A stretch of DNA of 63,665 nt, the filler included, from an uncultured Synergistales bacterium (GTDB lineage: Bacteria; Synergistota; Synergistia; Synergistales; Aminobacteriaceae), in the NCBI GenBank assembly GCA_937897575.1. It is 5 parts of 5 records of this genome, joined end to end, with 100 filler letters (N's around TTAATTAATTAA, not from the genome) between each part and the next. Parts side by side here need not be neighbours in the genome. Positions count along the whole stretch, not along the records: positions 1 to 24,392 come from CALCQG010000026.1; 4 more parts are not named here. One strand, written 5' to 3'. The position numbers were made by a program, and so were the translations under genes. Numbering within the stretch: the first letter of the stretch is position 1; each line of letters starts with the position of its first letter. Positions 1 to 9,544 of this stretch are shown here, piece after piece. The notes below the pieces were generated by a model that saw only the letters and a list, made by a program, of their open reading frames with translations, searched no databases and had not been told where the DNA came from.

Positions 1-1
1 C

Positions 2-1776
2 CCCGGGACGTCCTTTCTCCCCGTATGCCAGGACGACATGAACGCACGAGGGTGGGAAACCCTCGACTTCCTTCTCGTCAGCGGTGACGCCTATGTGGAC
101 CACCCAAGCTTCGCAGCGGCCGTCATCTCCAGAGTTCTGAGCAGGGCCGGATACCGGGTCGGCATTCTTCCGCAGCCTGACTGGCGGTCGGCAAAGGACT
201 TTCACTCCATGGGCAAACCGCGCCTCGGCGTTCTCGTCACCGCTGGCAACATGGACTCCATGGTCAGCAAATACACCCCGTCGAAAAAAATCCGGACGAC
301 GGACGACTACGCCCCCGGCGGAGCCAGCGGGCACAGGCCCGACCGCGCGACCATCGTCTACTGCAGCAGGGTGCGGGAGTGCTGGCCGGACATCCCCGTC
401 GTCATCGGCGGGATCGAGGCGAGTCTGCGTCGTTTCGCGCACTATGACTACTGGTCCGATGACGTGCGCCGGTCCGTGCTCTTCGACAGTCAGGCCGATC
501 TGCTCGTGTACGGCATGGGCGAACGGGCCATGGAGGAGATCGCCGAACAGCTCCGGGCCGGGGTCCCCGTTTCGGATATACGGAACGTTCGCGGGACGAT
601 GTACCGATGCGACGCCGTGCCCGATATGGACTGGAAGGCCGTCGAGATCCCGTCCTACGAGGACGTGGCCTCGGACAAGGGGCTTTTCGCCGAGGCCTTC
701 AAGGCGGCGTATCTCGAGCAGGACCCCTTCCGCGGGAAAGCGGTCCTCCAGCGACACGGCCGGTTTGTCGTCGTTCAGAACCCCCCGGCCTATCCACTCG
801 ACACCGACGCCCTCGATTCGATCTACGATCTTCCCTACACGAGGACCTATCACCCCATGTACGAGGCAGCGGGCGGCGTTCCCGCCATACGGGAGGTGCG
901 GTTCAGCCTGACGAGCCACAGAGGCTGTTTCGGCAGCTGTTCCTTCTGCGCCATTCACTCCCATCAGGGGCGGATCATCCAGGCCAGAAGCCACGACTCC
1001 CTTCTGAAAGAGGCGAAGCTGCTCACGACCCTTCCGGACTTCAAGGGGTATATTCACGACGTTATGTAGTGCATACGGCCTGCAGGAAGCTCCGGGTGGA
1101 CCACAGCGACTACGTGGCCCTTCTTCGGAAGCTCCGTGCCCTGCCGGGCGTCAAAAAGGTGTTCATCCGCTCCGGTATCCGGTACGACTATCTTCTGGCC
1201 GATACCAGGACGCCCTTTCTCGAGGAGCTCTGTCGGCACCACGTGAGCGGTCAGCTCAAGGTGGCCCCGGAGCACGTGTCGGAGGGCGTCCTCCGCCTGA
1301 TGGGGAAGAGCGACCGCGCCGCATACGAGCGTTTCCTCGCCGAGTACGGCGCCATGAACGAAAAGCTCGGCAAGAAACAGTACCTGATCCCCTACTTCAT
1401 CGCCTCCCACCCCGGCTCGACGCTGAAGGACGCCGTGGCGCTCGCGGAGTTCCTTCGGGACGCCCGGTTCCAGCCCGATCAGGTCCAGGATTTCATCCCT
1501 ACGCCGGGCAGCCTCTCCACCTGCATGTACTATACGGGGCTCGATCCCATGACCGGTGCGAAGGTCTTCGTGCCCTCGTCGACGGAGGAGCGGCGAATGC
1601 AGCGGGCGCTCCTTCAGTACAGGAATCCCCGCAACAGTGCGATGGTTCTGAAGGCGCTGAGGGCCGCGGGACGAAGGGACCTCATCGGCCGCGGCAAGAG
1701 ATGCCTTGTGTCCGACGACGGAGAGGATGGGCCGCGCGGCGGCGCTCCGACGGGAAGCAAGAGGGCGAGGCGTTAG
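2..1776 (+). pseudogene. ygiQ: YgiQ-family radical SAM protein, 5'-truncated by the window and interrupted near 1063-1077 (stop, frame change, missing segment); true pseudogene or assembly error
   Basis: Frame 2 (from position 2) gives FLPVCQDDMNARGW, GDAYVDHPSF, GGIEASLRR and the radical SAM motif CFGSCSFC, then stops at FKGYIHDVM* (1069). The C-terminal half (CRKLRVDH..LRALPGVKKVFIRSGIRYDY, LKVAPEH, PYFIASHPG, QVQDFIPTP) continues in frame 1 to 1776. Confidence 0.8.
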
Positions 1777-2687
1777 CTCCGTCCTTGGCTGACCCTCTTC
1801 CGCGAAAAACGCTCTTCCAGCCCTGGCCCGGTTTCGGTGACGAGCACCGCCAGAAAGATGAGCATGCACCCAACGATCATTCTGTCCGTGAATACCTCCC
1901 CGGTGAAGAGGACGCCCGAAAGGGCTCCGAAAAGGGATTCGAGGCTGAGGAGGATGGCCGCGTGGGTGGATGAGGTGTATTTCTGCGCGACGTTCTGCAC
2001 GAGGAATGCGATGACGGTGCAGAAGAGCACGGAGAAGGCGATGCTCCAGAGCCCCGTCCCAGGGACGATCCCGGGCCAGGTCTCGAAGAGGAGGGCAGGG
2101 GGCAGGCTGAGCAGCGCGGCGACGGCTATCTGAAGGACGGCGAGCACGACGGGGTCCCGTTTCGATGCGAAGTGCTCTATGGCGATGAGCTGAGCGGCGA
2201 AGAAGAAAGCGCAGACCAGCGTCAGACCATCGCCGATGTTCAGATGCAACTTCCCCCCCTGCAGCGTCAGCAGGCTCATGCCGGCGAGACAGATGAGGGA
2301 GGCCGCGAAGGGGAACCTGCCGGGGAACGTGCCGGAGAACCCCCAGGCAAGAAAGGGCACGAGCACGACGTATGTTGCCGTCAGAAAGGCCTGTTTGCCC
2401 GGCGTCGTGTAGTTCAGCCCGAAGGTCTGCGTCGCGAAGCCGAGAAAGAGCAGGGCGCCGATGATCGCCCCCGCGCGCAGGTCCTCCCGCGTCACGGACG
2501 ACAAGCGTTTTCGGAAAATGAGGGCCATCAGGACAGCCGCGGCGGAGAACCGCAGGGTCAGGAGCCAGAAGGTCGGATAGCTGGCCAGGGCGTCCTTCAT
2601 GGCCACGAACCCGACGCCCCAGAAGACGGCGACGAGGACCAGCGAAAGATCGGCCAGCAGCATGGAGCGGCGCGACGATGAGACCAT
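1773..2687 (-). CDS. DMT/EamA-family transporter
   Basis: About 10 hydrophobic helices in two EamA repeats (FWGVGFVAMK, QTFGLNYTTPGKQAFLT, AQKYTSSTHAAILLSLESLFG). ATG at 2687 follows GAGGTG; the ORF track starts at TTG 2708. Confidence 0.88.
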   Translation of the reverse strand: MVSSSRRSMLLADLSLVLVAVFWGVGFVAMKDALASYPTFWLLTLRFSAAAVLMALIFRKRLSSVTREDLRAGAIIGALLFLGFATQTFGLNYTTPGKQAFLTATYVVLVPFLAWGFSGTFPGRFPFAASLICLAGMSLLTLQGGKLHLNIGDGLTLVCAFFFAAQLIAIEHFASKRDPVVLAVLQIAVAALLSLPPALLFETWPGIVPGTGLWSIAFSVLFCTVIAFLVQNVAQKYTSSTHAAILLSLESLFGALSGVLFTGEVFTDRMIVGCMLIFLAVLVTETGPGLEERFSRKRVSQGRS

Positions 2688-2797
2688 AGGGGGATTCACC
2701 TCGGACAAAATTTCGTTTCATGGTATCATATTTTTCTTGCTCGGGGACAGTGCTCCGACCGTGCACAAGGGATCGGATTGTGACTCCGTGCACGTTG

Positions 2798-2826
2798 TTT
2801 CCTGTGGTCCGCGGAGGATGTATAAT
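2798..2826 (+). promoter_or_regulatory. Putative sigma70 promoter of the mbh operon
   Basis: Perfect TATAAT at 2821-2826 in an AT-richer gap, about 80 nt before the first gene; -35 is weak (TTTCCT); RBS AGGAGGT precedes 2907. Confidence 0.45.
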
Positions 2827-2906
2827 AACCGATGTTGTCCTTATACTGTGAATGAAGTGTGCTGTTCCTACCGCTTTGAGAAGGTGAACGAATAGGAGGT
2901 GGGTGT

Positions 2907-3392
2907 GTGTACGTCTTTGTCGTCTCATTTCTGATGTATGTTCTTCTGGTTTGGTCCGGAGGAACGATCCCCGCGGTGGAGATAGGAATAGGTCTGTTCG
3001 TCGCGATCGTGGCGGCGCTCCTGTTCCGCGCCTGGAAGCCGGACAGGCATTGGCATCTCAGAGGATTGAACCCGATCCGATGGTTCTGGTTCCTCTACTA
3101 CATCTTCGGCCCCTTCGCCAAAGGGTTGCTGACGGCCAACATTGACGTGGCGAAGCGGGTCATTACCGGCGAGATCCGGCCCGGCATCGTCAAGGTGAAC
3201 CCCGGGCTGACGAACGATCTGTCCAAGACGCTGCTGGCGGACTCCATCACGCTGACCCCAGGCACTCTCACGGTGGACATCGACGATGACGGAAACTACT
3301 ACGTCCACTGGATATACGTCACGGACGAGAACCCGACGGGCGAGGACATCTACGGCCCCTTCGGGCTCTGGGCAAGGAGGCTTGCGGAATGA
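2907..3392 (+). CDS. mbhA: Mbh subunit A (MnhE/MrpE-like antiporter subunit)
   Basis: MnhE motifs ANIDVAKRV, IRPGIVKV, LADSITLTPGTLTVDI, YVHWI; first gene of a translationally coupled operon. Confidence 0.88.
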   Translation: MYVFVVSFLMYVLLVWSGGTIPAVEIGIGLFVAIVAALLFRAWKPDRHWHLRGLNPIRWFWFLYYIFGPFAKGLLTANIDVAKRVITGEIRPGIVKVNPGLTNDLSKTLLADSITLTPGTLTVDIDDDGNYYVHWIYVTDENPTGEDIYGPFGLWARRLAE

Positions 3393-3652
3393 CCACATAT
3401 CACGTTCTCGGGTTTACCGCGTCGGTTGTCGGCGTCGCCGCCGTCTTCCTGATCGCCCGACTCGTGGGCGGCCCCACGATGGCCGACCGGGCCGTCGCCC
3501 TCGATACCATGAACACCTTCGTAGTATGCCTCATGATCCTGCTCTCGGCCTACTTCGACTCTGTGGTCATGGTGGACATCGCTATCGTCTACGCGGCCCT
3601 CTCCTTCGTCGGGACCATGTTCATCGCCCGCTATCTGGAAGGGGGGCTCTAG
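3389..3652 (+). CDS. mbhB: Mbh subunit B (MnhF-like)
   Basis: RLVGGPTMADRAVALD and DIAIVYAALSFVGT motifs; ATGA overlap with mbhA. Confidence 0.88.
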   Translation: MTTYHVLGFTASVVGVAAVFLIARLVGGPTMADRAVALDTMNTFVVCLMILLSAYFDSVVMVDIAIVYAALSFVGTMFIARYLEGGL

Positions 3653-3655
3653 GCC

Positions 3656-4030
3656 ATGGCGGTCCTCGTAGTGATCCTTTTCGTCGCAATCTGCCTCTTC
3701 TTCAATCTGCTGGGCGTCGTCTCCCTCTTCCGCTTCCCGGACGTCTACACGAGGCTTCACGGTGCCACGAAGTGCACGACCTTCGGGACGCTCTTCGCCG
3801 CCTTCGCCGTCATCGCCCACTCCGTCGCCCGCTATTTCGCCACGGGCGAGGTGCGCTTCCTCGTCCTGATAATCCACACCCTGGTGGCGGCCGGCGCACT
3901 GCTCGTGACGAACGCGACGGGAGCCCACGCCCTTGCGCGCGCCTCCCACAGGAGCGGCATCATGCCGGCTCAGGCCGTCGTTGACCGTCTCGAGGAGAGA
4001 GAGTCGGAAAAAGGAGGTGCAACGGCATGA
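3656..4030 (+). CDS. mbhC: Mbh subunit C (MnhG-like)
   Basis: RFPDVYTRLHGATK and AHALARA motifs. Confidence 0.88.
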   Translation: MAVLVVILFVAICLFFNLLGVVSLFRFPDVYTRLHGATKCTTFGTLFAAFAVIAHSVARYFATGEVRFLVLIIHTLVAAGALLVTNATGAHALARASHRSGIMPAQAVVDRLEERESEKGGATA

Positions 4031-4290
4031 TGGACGTCCTTCATTTCGCGGTCCTGACCATGCTGCTTGCCACGGCGTTCTTCGCCATCTGGTTCAAGGG
4101 CCTGCTTCCCTCGGCCATATCCTTGTCCATGTTCAGCCTCATGATGGCTCTGGAGTTCTACATCCTCCAGGCGCCGGACGTGGCCATCGCCGAAGCGTCC
4201 ATCGGCGCCGCGCTCAGCACCACGATCTACATCTTCGCCATCCGGGCGTGCAGCAAGCCCAGAAAAGCGGGAGGGGGCGACAAGCAATGA
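4027..4290 (+). CDS. mbhD: Mbh subunit D (DUF4040)
   Basis: LQAPDVAIAEASIGAAL motif; three TM helices. Confidence 0.85.
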   Translation: MMDVLHFAVLTMLLATAFFAIWFKGLLPSAISLSMFSLMMALEFYILQAPDVAIAEASIGAALSTTIYIFAIRACSKPRKAGGGDKQ

Positions 4291-4559
4291 AAAAGATGAT
4301 CTTCATCCTCTCGGCCGTCATCATCGGTGGCCTGACCTGCGGCCTTCTCGACGTGCCGCACCCCTTCGGCGACCCCGGCGTCGTCCCGATGGACGAACAC
4401 TTCCTGGGGCAGGCCCTGAAGGACCTGTCCACTGAGAACGTGGTCACGTCCATCGTCTTCGACTACAGAGGCTTCGACACCATAGGCGAGGCGGCCGTCC
4501 TCTTCACGGCCATCTGCTCCGTGACGGCCCTGTTCCGCGAAGGGAGGAAGAAGTCATGA
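4287..4559 (+). CDS. mbhE: Mbh subunit E
   Basis: MKKMIFIL... with NVVTSIVFDYRGFDTIGEAAVLF; ATGA overlap with mbhD; this is the 3' part of track ORF 3933..4559. Confidence 0.85.
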   Translation: MKKMIFILSAVIIGGLTCGLLDVPHPFGDPGVVPMDEHFLGQALKDLSTENVVTSIVFDYRGFDTIGEAAVLFTAICSVTALFREGRKKS

Positions 4560-5035
4560 AGCCCCTTTCCCTCATCGTCCGGACAGGCTGTAACCTCTTC
4601 GCCTGGTTCATGCTCGTCTTCGGCGTGAACGTTGTCGTGCACGGCTATGCGAGCCCCGGCGGCGGTTTCCAGGGCGGCGCCATAGTCGCCACGTTCATCG
4701 CCTTCCTTCTCGTCTCCTACGGCGGCGAGAAGATCCATTCGTGGGTCAACGAGAAGATCTACGACCTGATCCTGGAGGAGACCGGGCTGCTCCTGTTCAT
4801 CACCCTGGCCTTCATGGGGCTGCCGACCTCTTTCTTCTACAACTTTTTCACCATCCCTTGGGAGGCCTATCAGCAGACGGGGCGCCTCTTCCCCCAGGGG
4901 ACGACGGCCATCATGTCCATCGCCGTCGGAATCGAGGTCGCCGGAGCGCTCTCGATGGTCATCCTGTCCATGTTCAAGGGGATACGCCTCGTCTCAGACA
5001 GGCAGATTGAGGAGGAACCGGGCCATGATAGGTAA
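4556..5035 (+). CDS. mbhF: Mbh subunit F (MnhB-like)
   Basis: HGYASPGGGFQGGAI motif. Confidence 0.87.
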   Translation: MKPLSLIVRTGCNLFAWFMLVFGVNVVVHGYASPGGGFQGGAIVATFIAFLLVSYGGEKIHSWVNEKIYDLILEETGLLLFITLAFMGLPTSFFYNFFTIPWEAYQQTGRLFPQGTTAIMSIAVGIEVAGALSMVILSMFKGIRLVSDRQIEEEPGHDR

Positions 5036-5372
5036 TGCGCCGTTCTTCGTCGTGGGGCTGCTCTTTCTCTGGGGCCTCATGGCGATCTTCACACAGAAGA
5101 ACCTGATAAAGATAGCCATGGCGATCACGATCCTGGGATCGTCCGTCAACATGTTCCTGGTCGCCCTGGGGTACAGGACGGGAGGGAGGGTCCCGATCCA
5201 CTTCCTCGAGGGGGACGGCGGCCCGATGGTGCTCCCGACGCCTCAGGCCATGACCCTCACGGCGATCGTCATCGCGCTCGCGACGACGGCCCTGATCCTG
5301 TCCCTCATCATGCTCATCTACCGTCATTACGGGACGATCAACGTGGATGAGGTGCGGAGGTTGAGAGGATGA
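5025..5372 (+). CDS. mbhG: Mbh subunit G (MnhC/NuoK-like)
   Basis: NLIKIAMA, PQAMTLTAIVIALATTA and YRHYGT motifs; ATG at 5025 follows GAGGAGG. Confidence 0.87.
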   Translation: MIGNAPFFVVGLLFLWGLMAIFTQKNLIKIAMAITILGSSVNMFLVALGYRTGGRVPIHFLEGDGGPMVLPTPQAMTLTAIVIALATTALILSLIMLIYRHYGTINVDEVRRLRG

Positions 5373-6934
5373 ACTGGACAGACCACCTCCCAGCGCTGCT
5401 GTTGGCCGTTCCCCTCCTTGGGGCATTCGTCACGCCGCTTGTCTCCCTGGGCGGGAAGATGTTGCGGAACACGCTGCTCGTCGTCACGACGTTCGTCACT
5501 CTGGTGATCGCCTTCCTCCTCTGGAAGGACGTGCTGGTCTCCGGAACGGCGGTGTACGTCATGGGCGAGAAGGTCTTCAACCTGACCATGCCCTCGGGCA
5601 TGAAACTCCCGGTGCGCATCATCCTCGAGGCCGACGCCTTCAGCGCGTTCATGGCCCTGTGCGGCGCCATAGCCTCCTTCGCGGGAGCGCTCTTCTCGCT
5701 CAACTACATGGAGGGCTTCTCGGGGATGAAGCGGTACGTGTCCCTGTACTGCCTCCTCACCGTGGGCATGCTCGGCATGACGATCACCGGCGATCTCTTC
5801 AACTTCTTCGTCTTCATCGAGATCGCCTCCATCGCATCCTTTGGCCTCATCGCCTTCTGGCGTGACAAAGCCGAGGCCGTGGAAGCCAGCTTCAAGTACA
5901 CGCTCGTCTCCCAGGTGGCCTCCATGGTGCTGCTGCTGGCCTTCGGCGCCCTGTACGGAAAGTACAACGCCCTGAACATCGCCGCCATAGGGAGCCTCCT
6001 GAAGTTCGGCTTCATGGAGAAGATCGTCCTGGTCTTCATCGTGGCCTCCCTGGCCTGCAAGTGCGGCGCCTTCCCCATGCACATGTGGCTGCCCGACTCC
6101 TACGCCGAGGCCCCCTCGGGAGTGTCCTGCCTCCTCGTGGCCGTAAGCCAGGCCTCGCTCTACGGGCTCGTGCGCGTCTGTTTCTCGCTTTACGGCGTCA
6201 CCATGGGCGCCTCCTTCATCCCCTGGGTGGTCATCCTCCTGGGGCTGGCCTCCATGTTCTTCGGCGTCACCATGGCCGTCGTACAGCATGACATCAAGCG
6301 GCTCATGGGGTACCACTCCGTCTCCCAGGTGGGGTACATGCTCCTGGGCTTCGGCGTCGGAATGCTCGTGCTCTCCGACGCGAAAGGGATGGCGGACTAC
6401 GGGTTCGCGGCCATCCAGGGCGGCGTCTTCCACATGTTCAACTACACCATGTACAAGGCCCTGCTCTTCCTTGCCGCCGGCAGCCTCTACTACACTACGG
6501 GCAAGAGGGACCTCAACGACATGGGCGGCCTTGCCAGGAAGATGCCCTACACCACGTTCATGTTCGTCATCGCGGCGGCGGCCATCGCAGGACTTCCTCC
6601 CTTCAACGGCTTCGTCTCGAAGCTGCTCATCTACGAGTCGTCCTTCGCGGTCCACCCGTCTCTGGCGGCCATAGCCCTCATCTCGTCGGTGCTGACCCTG
6701 GCGTCCTTCGTTAAGGTCTTCCAGACGGCCTTCCTTGGACCTGAGCAAAACGCCTTTCTGAGCGTCCGCGAGGTTCCCTCGGGGATGCTGGCGGGCATGG
6801 GCGTCCTCACGGTGGTCATCCTGGCCGTGTCGCTCTTCCCGTCGATCACCATGTCGTACTTCGTCGAGCCGGCATCGAAGGCTCTCGTCGACCAGGCCGG
6901 GTACATCGGGGCCATCATGGGAGGTGGAATGTGA
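5369..6934 (+). CDS. mbhH: Mbh subunit H (MnhD/NuoN-like proton-pumping subunit)
   Basis: 521-aa polytopic protein with TGDLFNFFVFIEI, EASFKY, PMHMWLPDSYAEAP, DIKRLMGYHSVSQVGY and GLPPFNGFVSK. Confidence 0.92.
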   Translation: MNWTDHLPALLLAVPLLGAFVTPLVSLGGKMLRNTLLVVTTFVTLVIAFLLWKDVLVSGTAVYVMGEKVFNLTMPSGMKLPVRIILEADAFSAFMALCGAIASFAGALFSLNYMEGFSGMKRYVSLYCLLTVGMLGMTITGDLFNFFVFIEIASIASFGLIAFWRDKAEAVEASFKYTLVSQVASMVLLLAFGALYGKYNALNIAAIGSLLKFGFMEKIVLVFIVASLACKCGAFPMHMWLPDSYAEAPSGVSCLLVAVSQASLYGLVRVCFSLYGVTMGASFIPWVVILLGLASMFFGVTMAVVQHDIKRLMGYHSVSQVGYMLLGFGVGMLVLSDAKGMADYGFAAIQGGVFHMFNYTMYKALLFLAAGSLYYTTGKRDLNDMGGLARKMPYTTFMFVIAAAAIAGLPPFNGFVSKLLIYESSFAVHPSLAAIALISSVLTLASFVKVFQTAFLGPEQNAFLSVREVPSGMLAGMGVLTVVILAVSLFPSITMSYFVEPASKALVDQAGYIGAIMGGGM

Positions 6935-7275
6935 TGTGGGGCGTGGTGCACACGGGCTTCGGATCCTGGGACGCCCTTGCATGGATCCTGTTTTTCGGTA
7001 TCGCCGCCTTCTTCCTCCTCTGGTTCCGCTCTTTGGGCCGGTCGGACTACAAGAAGGGGACGGACCAGGACGAGATATTCTGGTCGAGCAACGTGGTGCC
7101 CGAGGACGGCGCCCACATATCCGTCCCCGCGGACGCCGCCTACTGGGGGTTCAGAAAGGGCATGGAGCCCTTCTACAAGGGCCTTGTGGGCATGCACACG
7201 GGACTGGCACCTGATATCGTCGGCTGGTATGTCGTGGTCGTGGCGATCATGAGCGTACTGATTCTCATTGTGTAG
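6931..7275 (+). CDS. mbhI: Mbh subunit I (small membrane subunit)
   Basis: TGFGSWDALAW...MHTG pattern and its position between mbhH and mbhJ. Confidence 0.75.
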   Translation: MMWGVVHTGFGSWDALAWILFFGIAAFFLLWFRSLGRSDYKKGTDQDEIFWSSNVVPEDGAHISVPADAAYWGFRKGMEPFYKGLVGMHTGLAPDIVGWYVVVVAIMSVLILIV

Positions 7276-7289
7276 AGGAGGGGATTTCC

Positions 7290-7754
7290 GTGAATCTTGC
7301 AAAATACCTTGAGATCCTGCCGAAATCCCTGTGGGTCACCACCTGCAACTCCGGGTCGTGCAACGGCTGCGATATCGAGATCGTGGCCACCATCAGCCCG
7401 CGGTACGACATCGAGCGTCTCGGGATGAAGCTGGTCGGCACGCCTCGTCATGCCGACGTCCTCGTCGTGACGGGGCCGGTGACGAAGTTCATGACGGAGA
7501 AACTGAGGAGGATCTACCATCAGATGCCCGACCCCAAGGTGGTGGTCGTCGTGGGGAACTGCGGCGCCTCGGGCGACGTGTTCTACAAGTCCTACAACCT
7601 GGACGGCCCCGTGGACAGGATCATTCCCGTGGACGTCTACGTCCACGGCTGTCCGCCCCGGCCGGAGGCCATCATCGAGGGCGTCGCCAAGGCCGTCCTC
7701 AAGCTCGAGAATCTCAAGGCGAGCCTTGAAGCGAAAGAGGAGGCGGTATCATGA
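7290..7754 (+). CDS. mbhJ: Mbh small subunit J (NuoB-like, [4Fe-4S])
   Basis: SCNGCDIE, TPRHADVLVVTG, GNC and VDVYVHGCPPRPEAI motifs. Confidence 0.92.
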   Translation: MNLAKYLEILPKSLWVTTCNSGSCNGCDIEIVATISPRYDIERLGMKLVGTPRHADVLVVTGPVTKFMTEKLRRIYHQMPDPKVVVVVGNCGASGDVFYKSYNLDGPVDRIIPVDVYVHGCPPRPEAIIEGVAKAVLKLENLKASLEAKEEAVS

Positions 7755-8305
7755 CGTTCCCGACAGGAGCCATTCGAAACGTCGAGACGGCACGGTCCCT
7801 GGAGGATGTCGCGGCCCGCATGCGGTCCGTTTTCGGCGAGGAGGTCGTCACCGCCGTTCATGAGAGGAAGGGCGGCGTCCGGGACGAGGTGCAGTATTAC
7901 GATCTCTGGATCGCCGTGGAGAAGGGGCGGCTCCTGGAAACGGTCGACCTTCTGGCGGAGTTCGACTTCCCCCAGTTCCACGTCATCTCGGGCAACGACG
8001 ACGGGGACTTCATCACGCTCTACTACCACTTCACCATCTTCCAGGCGGCCGGTCGTGGAAAACGACTCGGCGTCATCGCCGCCATCCAGGTGGGGAAGGA
8101 CGATCTGACCGTCGACTCCCTCTTCTCGAGGCTCCCCGCCGTTGAGTACAGCGAACGGGAGATCCGCGAGATGTTCGGCGTCGACTTCATCGGTCTCCCG
8201 AACAAGGCGCTCATCTTCCTCCCCGAGGACTGGGACGAGGATATCAAGCCCTGGCGCAGGGACGAAACGGGACCCGCGGACAAAGACGTCCGGGAATTAT
8301 CGTAG
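7751..8305 (+). CDS. mbhK: Mbh subunit K (NuoC-like)
   Basis: EREIREMFGVDFIGLP..FLPEDW NuoC signature. Confidence 0.9.
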   Translation: MTFPTGAIRNVETARSLEDVAARMRSVFGEEVVTAVHERKGGVRDEVQYYDLWIAVEKGRLLETVDLLAEFDFPQFHVISGNDDGDFITLYYHFTIFQAAGRGKRLGVIAAIQVGKDDLTVDSLFSRLPAVEYSEREIREMFGVDFIGLPNKALIFLPEDWDEDIKPWRRDETGPADKDVRELS

Positions 8306-8311
8306 GAGGAT

Positions 8312-9544
8312 ATGTCCATGGAGAAACAGTACACGATACCCATCGGGCCGGTCCACGTCGGTCTGAAGGAGCCCATAACGGCCTGGCTCGACCTCGAGGG
8401 GGAGAAGATCGTCGGCGCGACGGTCCGCCCCGGCGCCATTCACCGAGGCATCGAGTTCATGGCGCGGGAGCGCAACCCTATACAGGTCATCTATCTTGCG
8501 GAGCGTATCTGCGGCATCTGCTCCTTCAGCCACATCACGGCCTTTGTCCGCGCCGTGGAGGATGCCGCCGGAATCCCCGTTCCGCCGAGAGGACAGTACA
8601 TCCGGGCGCTGACCCTCGAGCTCGAGCGACTGCACTCCCACATGCTGTGGGCGGGCGTCGCCTGCTACAGCATCGGGTTCGACTCGGCCTTCAACCTGGG
8701 CATGGTGCTCCGGGAAAAGGTGATGGACGTGCTGGAGGTCCTCTCAGGGAACAGGGTGAACTACGGAGTGGGGACCATCGGCGGCGTTCGCTGGGATATC
8801 ACGCCGAAGGTGGCGGCGGCCGTCCGCGAGATGGTGAAGTACTACCGCGCCGAGTTCTACCCCTTCTACGAGATCGTCACCGAGGACCCCATCGCGCACG
8901 CACGGATGCGCCACGTGGGCACCCTCTCCTATGAGGATGCCCTGCGCTACGGCGCCGTGGGACCGACGGCCCGGGCAAGCGGCGTCCGGTGCGACCTGCG
9001 CCACTCGTCGCCCTACGAGGCCTACGCCGATTTCGACGTGACGCCCATCGTCCCGCAGGACTACTACGGAAAGGCCTACGGCGACGTGTTCGATCGATTC
9101 CTCGTCCGGGTCCACGAGGTCTATCAGTCCCTGGATATCGTGGACAAGATCATGGACGGACTCCCTGAGGGGGACATCGTCTGGGAGAAGAACGCCACCA
9201 AGGTCCTGCTCGCGCTGAAGAAGGCCGAGGGAACGGGGTGGAGCGCCATCGAGGCCCCGCGGGGGGACGACTCCCACGTGGTCCATCTCGCGGCGGGCGA
9301 CGAGAACGTCACCTGGTGGAAGGTCCGGGCCCCGACGTACGCCAACGCCGTCTCCTGGCCCGTCATGTTCCGGGAGAACGAACTGGCTGATGCACCGCTG
9401 ATCATCAACAGCATCGACCCCTGCATCTCCTGCATGGAGCGCATCCTCACCACCGATGTGGGACGGGGCGATCAGCGGCTGCTGACCAGAAAGGAACTCC
9501 TCAAGATGTCCAGGGAGAAGACAAGGAGGCTGATGGGGAAATGA
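8312..9544 (+). CDS. mbhL: Mbh catalytic [NiFe] large subunit L
   Basis: Both Ni-binding motifs are intact (L1 ERICGICSFSH, L2 DPCISCMER), followed by a C-terminal extension typical of protease-matured subunits. Confidence 0.93.
   Translation: MSMEKQYTIPIGPVHVGLKEPITAWLDLEGEKIVGATVRPGAIHRGIEFMARERNPIQVIYLAERICGICSFSHITAFVRAVEDAAGIPVPPRGQYIRALTLELERLHSHMLWAGVACYSIGFDSAFNLGMVLREKVMDVLEVLSGNRVNYGVGTIGGVRWDITPKVAAAVREMVKYYRAEFYPFYEIVTEDPIAHARMRHVGTLSYEDALRYGAVGPTARASGVRCDLRHSSPYEAYADFDVTPIVPQDYYGKAYGDVFDRFLVRVHEVYQSLDIVDKIMDGLPEGDIVWEKNATKVLLALKKAEGTGWSAIEAPRGDDSHVVHLAAGDENVTWWKVRAPTYANAVSWPVMFRENELADAPLIINSIDPCISCMERILTTDVGRGDQRLLTRKELLKMSREKTRRLMGK

Noticed and set aside
8312..9544. Possible [NiFeSe] or Mbx-type large subunit
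   Set aside because: All four ligands are Cys codons and there is no in-frame TGA.
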